Source: Gammaproteobacteria bacterium (lineage in GTDB: Bacteria; Pseudomonadota; Gammaproteobacteria; Eutrophobiales; Eutrophobiaceae). From it: DNA of 64,000 nt. The notes beneath the pieces were generated by a model that was not told the DNA's origin, searched no databases, and saw nothing but the letters and a program-made list of their open reading frames with translations. The number at the start of each line of letters is the position of its first letter. Position 1 is the first letter of the stretch. Below are positions 49,938 to 61,003 of the stretch, piece by piece. The translations under genes were made by a program, and so were the position numbers. The stretch spans positions 5,973 through 69,972 of the forward strand of contig JAJFKM010000077.1 of assembly GCA_021773215.1 (NCBI GenBank), written 5' to 3'.

Positions 49938-50313
49938 GGTACTGTGAAGCCAACTTATATAAATAAGTAATTAAGACTTTAAAACATCCATGATGGGAGT
50001 GAGATGAAAAAGATCTTTATAGATTTCATTGCCTTTAAAATCAAAATTATTTAATTAAGATATTCTCTAATCGGATAATTTTGATAGGATGACTATTGTG
50101 ACCTTGATGTCAGATTGCATTATCACAATATAATACTACACACATAACCTTGAACAACATTATAAAAACTGAGAAATAAAAGACGATATTACACAACAAC
50201 AGATCTCGTCAATAAGCCATGAACGTTTTTCGATATAAAAATTAAACAGCTGCCTAAATATGATAATTAGGGGACAGACCACGATTATCTAGTTCTATGC
50301 CATAGAAACTTAT

Positions 50314-50410
50314 CTATGTTTCAGAATCGTAACCTAGATTAGGAGCCAACCATCTCTCAACTTGTTTTAAATCCATCCCCTTTCTATGCGAATAATCTTC
50401 GACTTGGGTC
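50314..50410 (-). pseudogene. Diverged duplicate of the metH 3' end
   Basis: Translates [31 protein letters not shown] versus met[32 protein letters not shown]. Confidence 0.88.
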
Positions 50411-50489
50411 GCTCTTTAATATCCTATCAACGCGACACTCGCACATCCATGTGCATCGTCTAAGAATGTGAAACAATAATTACGACCAT

Positions 50490-53400
50490 CTAAGTTTCAG
50501 GTTCATAACCTAGGTTCGGTGCTAACCACCTCTCAACTTGCTTTAAATCCAAGCTCTTTCGATGGGCGTAATTCTGGATTTGATCTCGATTGATCTTTCC
50601 TAATCCAAAATATCTTGAATTGGGGTGTGAAAAGTACCATCCGGATACCGCTGCAGTAGGATACATGGCGAATGACTCGGTAATTTCTATTCCGGTGTTC
50701 TCTTCAACTTTTAGCAAGTCCCAAAGCAAACCTTTTTCAGTATGATCCGGACAAGCTGGATAACCGGGAGCAGGGCGAATGCCTTGATAGGCTTCGCTGA
50801 TGAGATCTTCATTGCTAAGTACTTCATCTGAAGCATAACCCCAATACTCTTTTCTTACGCGTTCATGTAAACGTTCGGCAAAGGCTTCGGCGAGACGATC
50901 GGCTAGTGCCTTTAGCATTATTGCACTGTAATCATCATGATCGGCTTCAAAAGCTTTTATTTTATCTTCCATACCAAAACCAGTAGCTACAGCAAACGCA
51001 CCGAAGTAATCTTCAACGCCGGTTTCTTTAGGTGCTACAAAATCAGCCAGTGCAAAGTTGGGTTGGCCTGGTGGCTTTTGTGTTTGTTGTCGTAACGAAT
51101 GAATAGTTGTTAATAATCCTTCACGATCATCATCGACATAGACATCAATATCATCATGTCCTATTGAATTAGCAGGGAAGATCCCGAATACGCCTTTTGC
51201 TGAAAACCATTTTTCATTGACGATCTTTTCAAGCATAGCTTTTGCATCTTCAAATAATCGAGTTGCTTCTTCACCGACAACTTCATCGCTTAATATTCTT
51301 GGATATTTTCCTGCCAATTCCCATGCAATAAAGAACGGCGTCCAGTCGACACCTGCCGCCAACTCTTCTAACGGGTAATCATCCAAGACTGTAATGCCCA
51401 GTTGCTTGGGTTTTGTTGGCGTATAGTTATCCCAATTAATAGGCGTGCGATTTTCGCGTGCATCTTCAATGCTTAGCCATTTAATCTTCTGTTGTTTGCC
51501 CGCATGGCGTTCACGTACCGTGTCGTACTCTGTGCTGATCTCTTTAACAAAGTCAGCTTTCATGTCAGCACTGATCAATTTGGTCGAGACACCTACTGCG
51601 CGTGATGCATCTTTTACATGCACTACCGGTTCGTCATAACCCAAATCAATTTTTACGGCGGTGTGTGCGCGTGATGTTGTTGCACCACCAATCATCAAGG
51701 GCAATTTAAATTCCTGGCGTTGCATTTCCTTTGCTACATGTACCATTTCATCGAGAGAGGGGGTGATTAATCCACTCAGACCAATAATATCTGCATTATG
51801 TTCTTTCGCGGCATCTAATATTTTTTGTGCAGGCACCATGACGCCAAGATCAACAACTTCGAAATTGTTGCATTGAAGTACAACGCCGACGATGTTTTTA
51901 CCGATATCATGCACATCACCTTTCACCGTCGCCATGATTATTTTACCGTTATTTTTTACTTCTTGATTACCACTATCAATTTTCTCTTGCTCAATATAAG
52001 GCAATAGATAAGCAACGGCTTTTTTCATGACGCGTGCACTTTTAACAACCTGAGGTAAAAACATTTTGCCAGCACCAAATAAGTCACCAACAACGTTCAT
52101 GCCATCCATCAAAGGTCCTTCAATAACATGCAGTGGTTTATCTGCTTGTTGACGCGCCGCTTCAGTATCTTCTTCGATAAAATCAGCAATGCCTTTAACC
52201 AAAGCATGCGTTAGACGTTCTCCAACTGTGCCTTTACGCCATTCAAGATCGACTTTCTTTTCTTTCGCTGCACCGCCTTTAACTGTTTCAGAAAATTCAA
52301 CTAGGCGATCAGTAGCATCATCTCGTCGGTTTAATAAAACATCTTCTATGTATACCAATAATTCTTTTGGGATCTCATCATAGATACCGAGTTGACCAGC
52401 ATTAACAATCGCCATGTCCATGCCAGACTGAATGCCGTGATAGAGGAAAGAAGCATGCATTGCTTCACGCACTGGGTTATTTCCTCGGAATGAAAATGAA
52501 ACGTTACTTAGCCCACCACTGACTAATGCATGGGGCAGGTGCTCTTTGATTAAACGTGTAGCTTCAAAGAAAGAGACAGCGTAATTATTGTGTTCTTCCA
52601 TCCCTGTCGCGACAGTCAGGATGTTTGGATCAAAGATGATGTCTTCAGGAGCAAAACCAACTTTGTCGACCAATATGTCATAAGAACGTTTACAAAGATC
52701 ATAACGACGTTCTGTCGTGTCGGCTTGGCCTGACTCATCGAAGGCCATGACAACGACAGCAGCGCCGTAACGTCTGACTAGTTTTGCATGTTCAATAAAT
52801 TTTTCTTCGCCTTCTTTCAGGCTGATCGAATTAACAACGCATTTTCCCTGGACACAACGCAGACCTGACTCGATGACTGTCCATTTGGATGAGTCGATCA
52901 TGATAGGGACGCGACAGATATCTGGTTCAGATGCGATCAATTTCAGGAATTCAGCCATTAATAACTCGGATTCGAGCATGCCTTCATCCATACAGATATC
53001 GATTATCTGTGCACCGTTTTCGACCTGTTGGCGTGCTACTTCAAGTGCCGCATCCAGATCCTCATCTTCTTTGATCAATTTCAGGAACCTAGGCGAGCCC
53101 GCAACGTTGGTACGCTCACCGACATTCACGAAATTCACCTCTGGGGTGATATTGAAGGGTTCCAGACCACTGAGTCTCTGATAGATAGGTAAATCAGGTA
53201 ATTGTCTTGGAGTAATGCCATTTACCGCATTAGCCATGGCCTTAATATGGCCAGGAGAAGTACCACAACAGCCACCGACTATATTCAATAAACCTGATTC
53301 AGCCCATTCCTTTATATGATCTGACATAGGATCGGCATCTAGGTCATATTCGCCGAATTCATTGGGTAATCCAGCATTCGGATGAGCGCTAATATAGCAC

Positions 53401-54194
53401 TGCGAAAAGCTAGAAAGTTCATCAATATATTGACGTAAGTCATTGGGACCTAAGGCACAATTCAATCCTACTGAAAGTGGATTCGAATGTCTGACTGAGT
53501 TCCAGAAGGCCTCTGTAGTTTGACCTGTCAGAGTACGTCCAGAGGCATCGGTAATCGTCCCTGAGATCATAATTGGTCGATTTATGTCGTGATCTTCGTA
53601 AAACTGATCGATAGCAAATAATGCCGCCTTGGCATTCAGTGTATCGAAAATGGTTTCGACTAGGATCAGATCTGAACCACCATCGATTAACCCGCGTAAT
53701 GCCTCGGTATAGGACTCGACCAGTTCCATATAGGTCACATTTCGATAACCAGGATTGTTTACATCGGGTGAAATCGAACAGGTACGGTTTGTTGGGCCAA
53801 GGACACCAGCGACAAACTTCAAACCACCGGTCTTTTCTTCAAATTCATCGGCAACAATACGGGCTAGGGCAGCGCCTTCTTTATTTAGCTCGTATACCAG
53901 ATCTTCCATCTGGTAATCGGCCATCGCTATAGAAGTCGAATTAAAGGTATTCGTCTCAACAATATCGGCACCCGCATCAAAATAGGCGCCATGAATGGCC
54001 TTAATGATGTCGGGACGGGTTAATGATAAGAGGTCATTATTGCCCTTTACGTCGCAAGGGTGTTCACTGAACCGTTCACCACGATAATCGTCTTCTTCCA
54101 GCTTATAGGACTGGATCATCGTCCCCATAGCACCATCCAGCACAAGGATGCGCTCTGCCATGAGTTGCTTAATTTGTTCTGTTTTGTCCGTCAT
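50490..54194 (-). CDS. metH: Cobalamin-dependent methionine synthase
   Basis: [50 protein letters not shown]; start set at ATG 54194 (MTDKTEQ). Confidence 0.98.
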   Translation of the reverse strand: MTDKTEQIKQLMAERILVLDGAMGTMIQSYKLEEDDYRGERFSEHPCDVKGNNDLLSLTRPDIIKAIHGAYFDAGADIVETNTFNSTSIAMADYQMEDLVYELNKEGAALARIVADEFEEKTGGLKFVAGVLGPTNRTCSISPDVNNPGYRNVTYMELVESYTEALRGLIDGGSDLILVETIFDTLNAKAALFAIDQFYEDHDINRPIMISGTITDASGRTLTGQTTEAFWNSVRHSNPLSVGLNCALGPNDLRQYIDELSSFSQCYISAHPNAGLPNEFGEYDLDADPMSDHIKEWAESGLLNIVGGCCGTSPGHIKAMANAVNGITPRQLPDLPIYQRLSGLEPFNITPEVNFVNVGERTNVAGSPRFLKLIKEDEDLDAALEVARQQVENGAQIIDICMDEGMLESELLMAEFLKLIASEPDICRVPIMIDSSKWTVIESGLRCVQGKCVVNSISLKEGEEKFIEHAKLVRRYGAAVVVMAFDESGQADTTERRYDLCKRSYDILVDKVGFAPEDIIFDPNILTVATGMEEHNNYAVSFFEATRLIKEHLPHALVSGGLSNVSFSFRGNNPVREAMHASFLYHGIQSGMDMAIVNAGQLGIYDEIPKELLVYIEDVLLNRRDDATDRLVEFSETVKGGAAKEKKVDLEWRKGTVGERLTHALVKGIADFIEEDTEAARQQADKPLHVIEGPLMDGMNVVGDLFGAGKMFLPQVVKSARVMKKAVAYLLPYIEQEKIDSGNQEVKNNGKIIMATVKGDVHDIGKNIVGVVLQCNNFEVVDLGVMVPAQKILDAAKEHNADIIGLSGLITPSLDEMVHVAKEMQRQEFKLPLMIGGATTSRAHTAVKIDLGYDEPVVHVKDASRAVGVSTKLISADMKADFVKEISTEYDTVRERHAGKQQKIKWLSIEDARENRTPINWDNYTPTKPKQLGITVLDDYPLEELAAGVDWTPFFIAWELAGKYPRILSDEVVGEEATRLFEDAKAMLEKIVNEKWFSAKGVFGIFPANSIGHDDIDVYVDDDREGLLTTIHSLRQQTQKPPGQPNFALADFVAPKETGVEDYFGAFAVATGFGMEDKIKAFEADHDDYSAIMLKALADRLAEAFAERLHERVRKEYWGYASDEVLSNEDLISEAYQGIRPAPGYPACPDHTEKGLLWDLLKVEENTGIEITESFAMYPTAAVSGWYFSHPNSRYFGLGKINRDQIQNYAHRKSLDLKQVERWLAPNLGYEPET

Positions 54195-54272
54195 TTCGCT
54201 TATTTTCTTCTCTGTAATTAAACGATTGACGAATTCTTGATGTGCCGTCATCTCGCTTAGGTTCAACATTAA

Positions 54273-54347
54273 GCGAGCGCGGTTTTTTAGAGCTACGTCT
54301 GAGCCTGGCAACAGTGTTGACTGTCGTCGCAGCGCTCCTCAGAACGT
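54273..54347 (-). ncRNA. SAH riboswitch upstream of metH
   Basis: Minus strand: TCTGAGGAGCGCTGCGACGACAG...CTGTTGCCAGGCTCAGA...AACCGCGCTCGC, matching the GAGGAGCGCTGC/CCAGGCTC/GCGCTC consensus with pseudoknot. Confidence 0.9.
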
Positions 54348-54418
54348 ATTTTGAGGCTGCGAATTATAGACTAAGGCACTTATTAATCCAAGAATTGCAG
54401 CTTAGTTTTGCTAATTAC

Positions 54419-54682
54419 TTACTCGACTATGGTGTGTGCCGTTTTGGGACGAATGACAAACCAAGCGATATAACCAATAGGCCAAGCCAATAAAGCCCAG
54501 GTCATGCCTTTTGTGAGTGCCAATGCGGCTGCGATAACGAATATTAGTGGCAATATTGCCCCTTTTATCCCCATATCACGCGTGGCCGAATCACCATATA
54601 TCCAAAGGATGCTACACACATAGACAGAGCATAGGATGATAAAGATAAATACTTCTGTTGCGTTACTGAATGAAAAAGACAC
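54419..54682 (-). CDS. Hypothetical small membrane protein
   Basis: Hydrophobic segments, WIYGDS..R...WFVIRP; GTG start with AGGAG RBS after the MFS gene. Confidence 0.65.
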   Translation of the reverse strand: MSFSFSNATEVFIFIILCSVYVCSILWIYGDSATRDMGIKGAILPLIFVIAAALALTKGMTWALLAWPIGYIAWFVIRPKTAHTIVE

Positions 54683-54692
54683 TGTATTTCTC

Positions 54693-56381
54693 CTAATCTT
54701 TCATGTGATGTTTGGGATTCACCGGCCGCATCGTCGCATTGGCTATCAGTGCAACAAATAAGATTGCTGCCATCAAATACATCGTTGTATTGTAGAGACT
54801 TGATGTTGGATCGACTGTTCCCGCCGGCGCTATCTCCATCAATTTACTGATAGTCACCGTTTTTGCAGCAACTAATTGATCTAATTGTTCTATACCAGCA
54901 CCGAATGTAGCCTGAAAGTCAGCTGGGCTTATTTTTGTTATTAGGTCATTTATAGCATCCTTAACCGATATTTCCCTAAGTGATGTAATGGCTAGAGGAC
55001 CAAAAACGCCCGCGCTAGCCCAAGCAGTAAGGAGTCGTCCATGTATACCGCCAACAAACTTGGTGCCGAAGATATCTGCTAAATAAGCAGGAATAGTGGC
55101 GAAACCACCGCCGTACATGGTGAAAATAATCATCGTTGCTGCGTAGAAATAAACTAGCCAGACAACTGAAGGGTCAATACTGGCTTGATGCGCGGTGTAT
55201 GGAATAGAGCAATATAAAATAATGCCTAGAGTGAAAAAGATCCAATAGGTATTACGTCTCCCTAAATAATCAGAGGCGCTCGCCCATACAATTCGACCAC
55301 ACATATTAAAGACACTAATCATAAGGACGTAGGTTGATGCGAAGCCAAAATCGACAATATCGGGAAGGTTACTACCAAAAATTTCATTAATCATGGTCTT
55401 GGCTACAGCTAATACACCAATACCCGCTGTTACGTTAAAACAGAGCACAACCCAGAGTTGGTAAAACTGAGGAGTTTTAAGCGCTTCATCGATATGTACG
55501 CTATGTTGTGAAACCATTGCATGTTGTTCATCTTCCGGTGGTGGTTCCCATCCAGCGGGTTTCCAACCTTCACTAGGCACACGGTATCCAAATGCTGCAC
55601 ACATCATAATGACGAAATAGATAGCGCCTAATGTAAAAAAGGCCTCTGCAACACCCACTGTGCCGGTTCCAACCACATAAACACCTGCATCTCCCGGCAC
55701 AAGCATATTGGCAATATCATTCGCCCCAACAATGACGACCTCTTGTAGGTTGCCGGCGATTTCAGCCAAGCGCCGACCTGATTCATCTGTTGTAAGGGTG
55801 ACACTTTCAACTGACCCTAGATAATCAGGTGCTTTATAAAATATCTTAATAAACGGTTCTATCATGAATTTTGCGATCATCGCGCCACCGCCAAAGCCCA
55901 TAATGGCTATACCCGTTGCCATACCACGTCTATCTGGAAACCAGCGTATCAGTGTACTAACTGGCGAGACATAACCGAGTCCTAATCCACAACCACCAAT
56001 AACGCCATAGCCGAGATAAAGTAACCAGAGTTGTCCCGTCAGTATACCGATGCCTCCGATCATAAAACCGCCACCCCAACAACATGCGGCAACGGTGCCG
56101 ACCATACGCGGACCAACTTTTTCCAGCCATTTGCCTGCAACTGCGGCGGATAAACCAAGAAAGACAATAGCGACAGTGAATACCCAAACTACACTTTTAA
56201 GTGTCCAATCATCCGCTGCACTGGTGACAACACCGAGACGTTTAATAAGAGAGGGGTTAAATAGGCTCCAGGCATAAACGGAGCCGATACAAAGATGGAT
56301 TCCTAAAGCAGCAGGGGCGATTAACCAGCGGTTAAAGCCTTCTTTGGCTACGATGTGTTGTTTAGACAAAATATCAAGCAT
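54693..56381 (-). CDS. OFA-family MFS transporter (oxalate/formate/monocarboxylate)
   Basis: IHLCIGSVYAWS, GYVSPVSTLIRWFPDRRGMATG, YGGGFATIPAYLADIFG, HGRLLTAW. Confidence 0.9.
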   Translation of the reverse strand: MLDILSKQHIVAKEGFNRWLIAPAALGIHLCIGSVYAWSLFNPSLIKRLGVVTSAADDWTLKSVVWVFTVAIVFLGLSAAVAGKWLEKVGPRMVGTVAACCWGGGFMIGGIGILTGQLWLLYLGYGVIGGCGLGLGYVSPVSTLIRWFPDRRGMATGIAIMGFGGGAMIAKFMIEPFIKIFYKAPDYLGSVESVTLTTDESGRRLAEIAGNLQEVVIVGANDIANMLVPGDAGVYVVGTGTVGVAEAFFTLGAIYFVIMMCAAFGYRVPSEGWKPAGWEPPPEDEQHAMVSQHSVHIDEALKTPQFYQLWVVLCFNVTAGIGVLAVAKTMINEIFGSNLPDIVDFGFASTYVLMISVFNMCGRIVWASASDYLGRRNTYWIFFTLGIILYCSIPYTAHQASIDPSVVWLVYFYAATMIIFTMYGGGFATIPAYLADIFGTKFVGGIHGRLLTAWASAGVFGPLAITSLREISVKDAINDLITKISPADFQATFGAGIEQLDQLVAAKTVTISKLMEIAPAGTVDPTSSLYNTTMYLMAAILFVALIANATMRPVNPKHHMKD

Positions 56382-56544
56382 GTAGTGATAACTCCCCGTC
56401 AGAATTCATATGTGTTTACACAGTTTATTTTTTTAACACATATAGGCAGACTTTTATTTTAATTTATTTTTGTGCCATGTTTTGTGAAACATTGAAAAAG
56501 TTTAATTTGACTAACACAGGATAGTCAGTATCCTGCGCGATTGA

Positions 56545-56747
56545 AAGTATTAGGTGCCAACTGTGTAAGAACAGTTGTATTAAACGGGAAGTCGGTGCGT
56601 ATTTTAAACAATTCCGACGCTGCCCCCGCAACGGTAGACGAGTTAAAGTTTATTCATTAAGTCACTGTGTCGTAAGTCTAAAAACGATATGGGAAGGCGA
56701 ATAAATAAATGCAATGCATTGCTCGTAAGCCCGGAGACCGGCCTGAT
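56545..56747 (+). ncRNA. Cobalamin riboswitch
   Basis: AGGTG...AACGGGAAGTCGGTG...AATTCCGACGCTGCCCCCGCAACGGT...GTCACTG...TGGGAAGGC...AAGCCCGGAGACCGGCCT. Confidence 0.95.
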
Positions 56748-56888
56748 ATTTATTAAACCACGCTGCGGGCGGCTGTGAAGGCTATCACTATGGATACAGA
56801 GTTCTCTGTAGTCATCATATTAGCTCTTAGTTGCTCCCAGCATAAATACAATCAATTGGTGCGGCGGGCATCACGGGAGTTTTATCTA

Positions 56889-58826
56889 ATGTTACGTTTT
56901 AGTATTTTATTAAGTTGTTTTTCCATACTTATTTCACTTTCACTTCAGATATCAGCAGGAGCTATTAATCGTCATGATGAACTGGTTGTGACGGCTTTCA
57001 GAACACCAGCTCAACTCGATGCTATTGGTAGTGCTTATACAGTCATTACTGCTGAAGAGATTGAAAACAGACAGGCACTCACCGTATCGGACATATTACG
57101 TACAGTACCCGGAATTCAGATTGATCGAAGTGGCCCTATTGGAACGCAAACAGTGCTGCGTATGCGCGGTGGAGAAAGTAATCAAACATTGGTTGTCATC
57201 GATGGTGTTGTAGCAAATGATGAATCCCAAGGCAGTTTATATAATTTTGCAGATCTCATGACAACAGATATTGAACGTATCGAAGTCATACGTGGAGCAC
57301 AAAGTGCCTTATGGGGTAGTGAAGCACTCTCCGGTGTAATCAATATTATTACTAAAAAAGGATCGGGTAAAACGGCGGTTAAAGCAAACTTTGAAGGTGG
57401 CTCGTTCAATAGTAAAAGAGTTGGCGGCAGTGTCTCAGGTGGTACGACACTTTATGATTACAAGTTAAGCGCAAGTAAATTCAACACTAGAGGTACGGAC
57501 ATTGAATTGTCCAGCGATATGGATGGTTATGATAACAACCGTTTGGCGTTTAATGGTAGTTTTAGGCCTTACGATGATCTTGAGATTAGTTCATCGTTAA
57601 ATCACACCAACTCAAAGGTTGAGTTCGATAATTGTACGCTTATTAATACAAGTACGGATGTTTGTGAGTCTTCAAATGATTTCACTTATGGTTCATTAAA
57701 AGCCACACATAACTCGTTTGATTATCATTGGCAAAACAGTTTGAATACAACATTCAAACTGATTGATCATGAAAATTATGCAAACAACACACAGGCAGGA
57801 GCTTCGTCAGCAAAAGAATATAATATAGCTTTACAAAGTTCAGCGTTCTTTGAGACTGCGAAGTTTTTCGATGCAAATCATGCCTTCACACTGGCTTATG
57901 AATTCGAGTCAAGCGACACTAGTTCAATTAATTTTGGCACATTTGGTACTACGGCTGGTGTAAAGCAAAATAATATTATTCATAGCTTTATTTCAGAATA
58001 TCGAATTTCATTCCTAGATCGATTACACCTATCTGCCAGTGGACGTCATGACGATCAAAGTCTGCATGACGAATTCACTACTTATCGAACAACTGCCGCG
58101 TTTGTTATTCCTGAAACCAGTTCACGTCTTCATGGTAGTTACGGTACTGGATTTAAAAATCCGACTATCTCCGAGTTAAGCAGTGTCTTTGGTACACAAT
58201 TTATAGGTAACCCAAACCTGGTTCCTGAACAATCAAGAAGTTGGGATGTGGGAATCGAACAGTCTTTGTTTAGCGATAGAATCATCTTTGATGCAACTTA
58301 CTTTCAGGAAAGGCTGAATGATGAAATAGGTACAAACCGTATTACGGCCACTACATCAGAAGGGCTTAATTTGGCAGGCATCAGTAAGCGCAGAGGTTAT
58401 GAACTCTCATTGTCTGCTAGTTTGACAGATAAGACGGATCTAAGTGCTTCCTATACCTATATTGATTCTATTGAGGATCAAAATGGTACAGGCACGTTTG
58501 CACGTGAGGTAAGACGTCCACCACACATCGCAAGTCTGAATCTGAATCATCGTTTCTATAAAGATCGGGCCAATATTAATCTCGATATATTTTATAACGG
58601 CGATGATGTAGATAATACGTTCCCTTCTCCAACTTTTACAAAGACCCCAACGAAAGTTGATCAATACACATTGATTAACTTGGCGGGATCGTTCGACGTA
58701 ACAAAATATGTAAACCTGTATGCCAAGATAGATAACCTGACCAATCAAGTCTATCAATCACCCATTGGTTTTTTCTCAAGTGGTATTGCCGCTTATGCAG
58801 GTATCAATTTGACCCTAAATCCGTAA
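56889..58826 (+). CDS. btuB: TonB-dependent cobalamin receptor (BtuB-like)
   Basis: Signal peptide from ATG 56889, LVVTAFR TonB-box region, MRGGESNQTLVVIDG, IERIEVIRGAQSALWGS; follows the B12 riboswitch. Confidence 0.85.
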   Translation: MLRFSILLSCFSILISLSLQISAGAINRHDELVVTAFRTPAQLDAIGSAYTVITAEEIENRQALTVSDILRTVPGIQIDRSGPIGTQTVLRMRGGESNQTLVVIDGVVANDESQGSLYNFADLMTTDIERIEVIRGAQSALWGSEALSGVINIITKKGSGKTAVKANFEGGSFNSKRVGGSVSGGTTLYDYKLSASKFNTRGTDIELSSDMDGYDNNRLAFNGSFRPYDDLEISSSLNHTNSKVEFDNCTLINTSTDVCESSNDFTYGSLKATHNSFDYHWQNSLNTTFKLIDHENYANNTQAGASSAKEYNIALQSSAFFETAKFFDANHAFTLAYEFESSDTSSINFGTFGTTAGVKQNNIIHSFISEYRISFLDRLHLSASGRHDDQSLHDEFTTYRTTAAFVIPETSSRLHGSYGTGFKNPTISELSSVFGTQFIGNPNLVPEQSRSWDVGIEQSLFSDRIIFDATYFQERLNDEIGTNRITATTSEGLNLAGISKRRGYELSLSASLTDKTDLSASYTYIDSIEDQNGTGTFAREVRRPPHIASLNLNHRFYKDRANINLDIFYNGDDVDNTFPSPTFTKTPTKVDQYTLINLAGSFDVTKYVNLYAKIDNLTNQVYQSPIGFFSSGIAAYAGINLTLNP

Positions 58827-58869
58827 TAATGTTGAACATTAAAGGTAGTATTTTAATTGGAGTATTTCT

Positions 58870-59406
58870 ATGAATAAGTTTTTAACTGAAAAACATGGGC
58901 TGTTTTATTTATTGATCATAATGGTCGTGGTGACGCGCTTATTACCGCACCCCATGGGCTTTACTCCTGTTGGTGCCTTAGGACTATTTGCTGGCGCCTA
59001 TGTGATGAATCGTCGCGCTTGGTTAATTCCCCTTGCTGTATTATTCATCAGCGACATTTTTATTGGTTTTTATAACCCAATAATCATGTTATCTGTTTAT
59101 GTGAGTTTTGCATTGAGTGCAGTATTAGGACGTTATGTCTTATCTAAAAAGCGAAGCGTTCTTAGAGTAGGTGGTTCTGCTGTAGGTTCTGCTACTATCT
59201 TATTTGTATTGTCCAATTTCACTTTGTGGGCAACAGGATTATATTATCCACTCACAATGGAAGGTTTAACATTGTGCTTTGTCAGGGCAATTCCTTTTTA
59301 TGGTAATTCTCTCATGGGTGACTTGCTTTATTCTGCTGTTTTGTTTGGCACTTATGAAGGTGTTAAACAGTGGATTGATAAAGAGGCTAATCCAACTATC
59401 GCATGA
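58870..59406 (+). CDS. DUF6580 family putative transporter (ECF S-component-like)
   Basis: RLLPHPMGFTPVGALGLFAGA, SNFTLW, AIPFYGNSLMGDL. Confidence 0.75.
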   Translation: MNKFLTEKHGLFYLLIIMVVVTRLLPHPMGFTPVGALGLFAGAYVMNRRAWLIPLAVLFISDIFIGFYNPIIMLSVYVSFALSAVLGRYVLSKKRSVLRVGGSAVGSATILFVLSNFTLWATGLYYPLTMEGLTLCFVRAIPFYGNSLMGDLLYSAVLFGTYEGVKQWIDKEANPTIA

Positions 59407-60071
59407 AGCGTGTGGTGCTTTCCTGGAGTTCAGGCAAAGACTCTGCCTGGACTCTATATCAATTACAACAATCTGAAGACGTTGAAATTATTGGATTGCT
59501 AACGACGATTAATTCAGGATTTAATCGAGTGGCAATGCATGCTGTTCGGGAAGAACTATTAGAGGAACAGGCCAAAGCTGCGGGACTTCCTTTATTCAAA
59601 GTACCTTTACCATGGCCTTGTTTAAATGCAGATTACGAAAATATTATGAGAACTACGTTAGCAATGCTAGATATTAAGCATGGTGTAACGCATATCGCTT
59701 TTGGTGATTTGTTTTTAGAAGATGTGCGGCGTTATCGTATCGAAAAGATGAGCCAATCAGATATAAAACCTTTGTTTCCAATATGGGGAAGTCCAACTAA
59801 AGAGCTTGCAAATGAAATGGTAGAAAATGGCGTATCTGCCTATATAACTTGCGTTGATCCAAAACAACTTTCAGAAAACTTTGCAGGATATAAGTTCGAT
59901 AAAATATTTTTATCCGAATTAGATGATAATGTAGATCCCTGTGGAGAAAATGGTGAATTCCATACCTTTGTTAATGCTGGACCTATGTTCAAATCGGATA
60001 TACCGATAACTATTGGTGAGACCGTTAATAAAGATGGATTCATATTCACCGATTTAATGCTAGCGAATTAA
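59403..60071 (+). CDS. Dph6/MJ0570-family adenine-nucleotide alpha-hydrolase (PP-loop ATPase)
   Basis: SWSSGKDS, RVAMH, FGDLFLEDVR, DPCGENGEFHT. Confidence 0.88.
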   Translation: MKRVVLSWSSGKDSAWTLYQLQQSEDVEIIGLLTTINSGFNRVAMHAVREELLEEQAKAAGLPLFKVPLPWPCLNADYENIMRTTLAMLDIKHGVTHIAFGDLFLEDVRRYRIEKMSQSDIKPLFPIWGSPTKELANEMVENGVSAYITCVDPKQLSENFAGYKFDKIFLSELDDNVDPCGENGEFHTFVNAGPMFKSDIPITIGETVNKDGFIFTDLMLAN

Positions 60072-60074
60072 ACA

Positions 60075-61001
60075 ATGAGAATTGTATCTTTGTTACCAAG
60101 TGCGACAGAAATAATCTGTCAGGTAGGTTTGGGAGATTACATTGTTGGTGTAAGCCATGAATGCGACTATCCTTCTTTTGTTAAAGAACTGCCTAATGTG
60201 ACGGAAAGTCTAATACCGAAAGATGCCTCAAGTTTGGAAATCGATGTGGCGGTACGACAACAATTAAGCACAGAAAAGGCCATCTATCATCTCGATATGG
60301 AAGTGCTTAAAGAATTAAAACCAGATTTTATTATCACGCAATCTCTATGTGAAGTTTGTGCTGTGGCTGAAGATGAAGTTTTAGAAGCGGTTTGTGAGCT
60401 TCCTGGTGATGCGCAAATAATAAATCTTGAACCGATGACGCTAGAAGATGTATTTCATACATTGTTGTTGGTAGGAGAAAAAACAAACTTTGAACAGCAA
60501 GCTAGATTGGCAGTAGACAAGCTCAAGAATCGTGTCGAATCTGTTATTGAAATAACTGAAAAAAACATCGCATTAAATGCAAGACCAAGACTTGTTTTTC
60601 TTGAGTGGTTGGATCCCTTATTTAATGCAGGGCATTGGACGCCGGAATTGATTGAATATGCTGGCGGCATTAGCTTGTTGAGCAATAAACACCAACCTTC
60701 AAACACCATCTCTTGGGATAGTATAGTAGATATAAATCCCGATACATTATTTGTTGCATGTTGTGGTTACAATTTAGAGCGGACGCTTTTGGATATGCCT
60801 ATCCTTGAGAATAAAAGTGAATGGTCTAATCTAAAAGCATCAAATCAAAAGCAAGTCTTCGTGACTGATGGTAATGCTTATTTCAGTCGACCAGGACCGC
60901 GGCTAGTCGATGGCATGGAGATTATGGCTCATGCATTACATCCTGATGTGCATAAGTTGCCAGAAGGTTTATTGCCTGCATTAAATTACATGGGAAATTA
61001 A
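60075..61001 (+). CDS. Cobalamin-binding protein (BtuF-like)
   Basis: MRIVSLLPSATEI, GVSHECDYP, TQSLCEVCAV, AGHWTPE, FSRPGPRL. Confidence 0.82.
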   Translation: MRIVSLLPSATEIICQVGLGDYIVGVSHECDYPSFVKELPNVTESLIPKDASSLEIDVAVRQQLSTEKAIYHLDMEVLKELKPDFIITQSLCEVCAVAEDEVLEAVCELPGDAQIINLEPMTLEDVFHTLLLVGEKTNFEQQARLAVDKLKNRVESVIEITEKNIALNARPRLVFLEWLDPLFNAGHWTPELIEYAGGISLLSNKHQPSNTISWDSIVDINPDTLFVACCGYNLERTLLDMPILENKSEWSNLKASNQKQVFVTDGNAYFSRPGPRLVDGMEIMAHALHPDVHKLPEGLLPALNYMGN

Positions 61002-61003
61002 TT

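Noticed and set aside
39880-50490. Prophage, integron or IS element explaining the island
   Set aside because: No integrase, transposase, phage gene or convincing attC array recognised.
54195-54311. 39-aa N-terminal extension of MetH in the ORF track
   Set aside because: It overlaps the SAH riboswitch; MetH homology begins at MTDKTEQ (54194).
56775-56888. N-terminal extension of BtuB
   Set aside because: It lies in the riboswitch expression platform; RBS and signal peptide fit ATG 56889.
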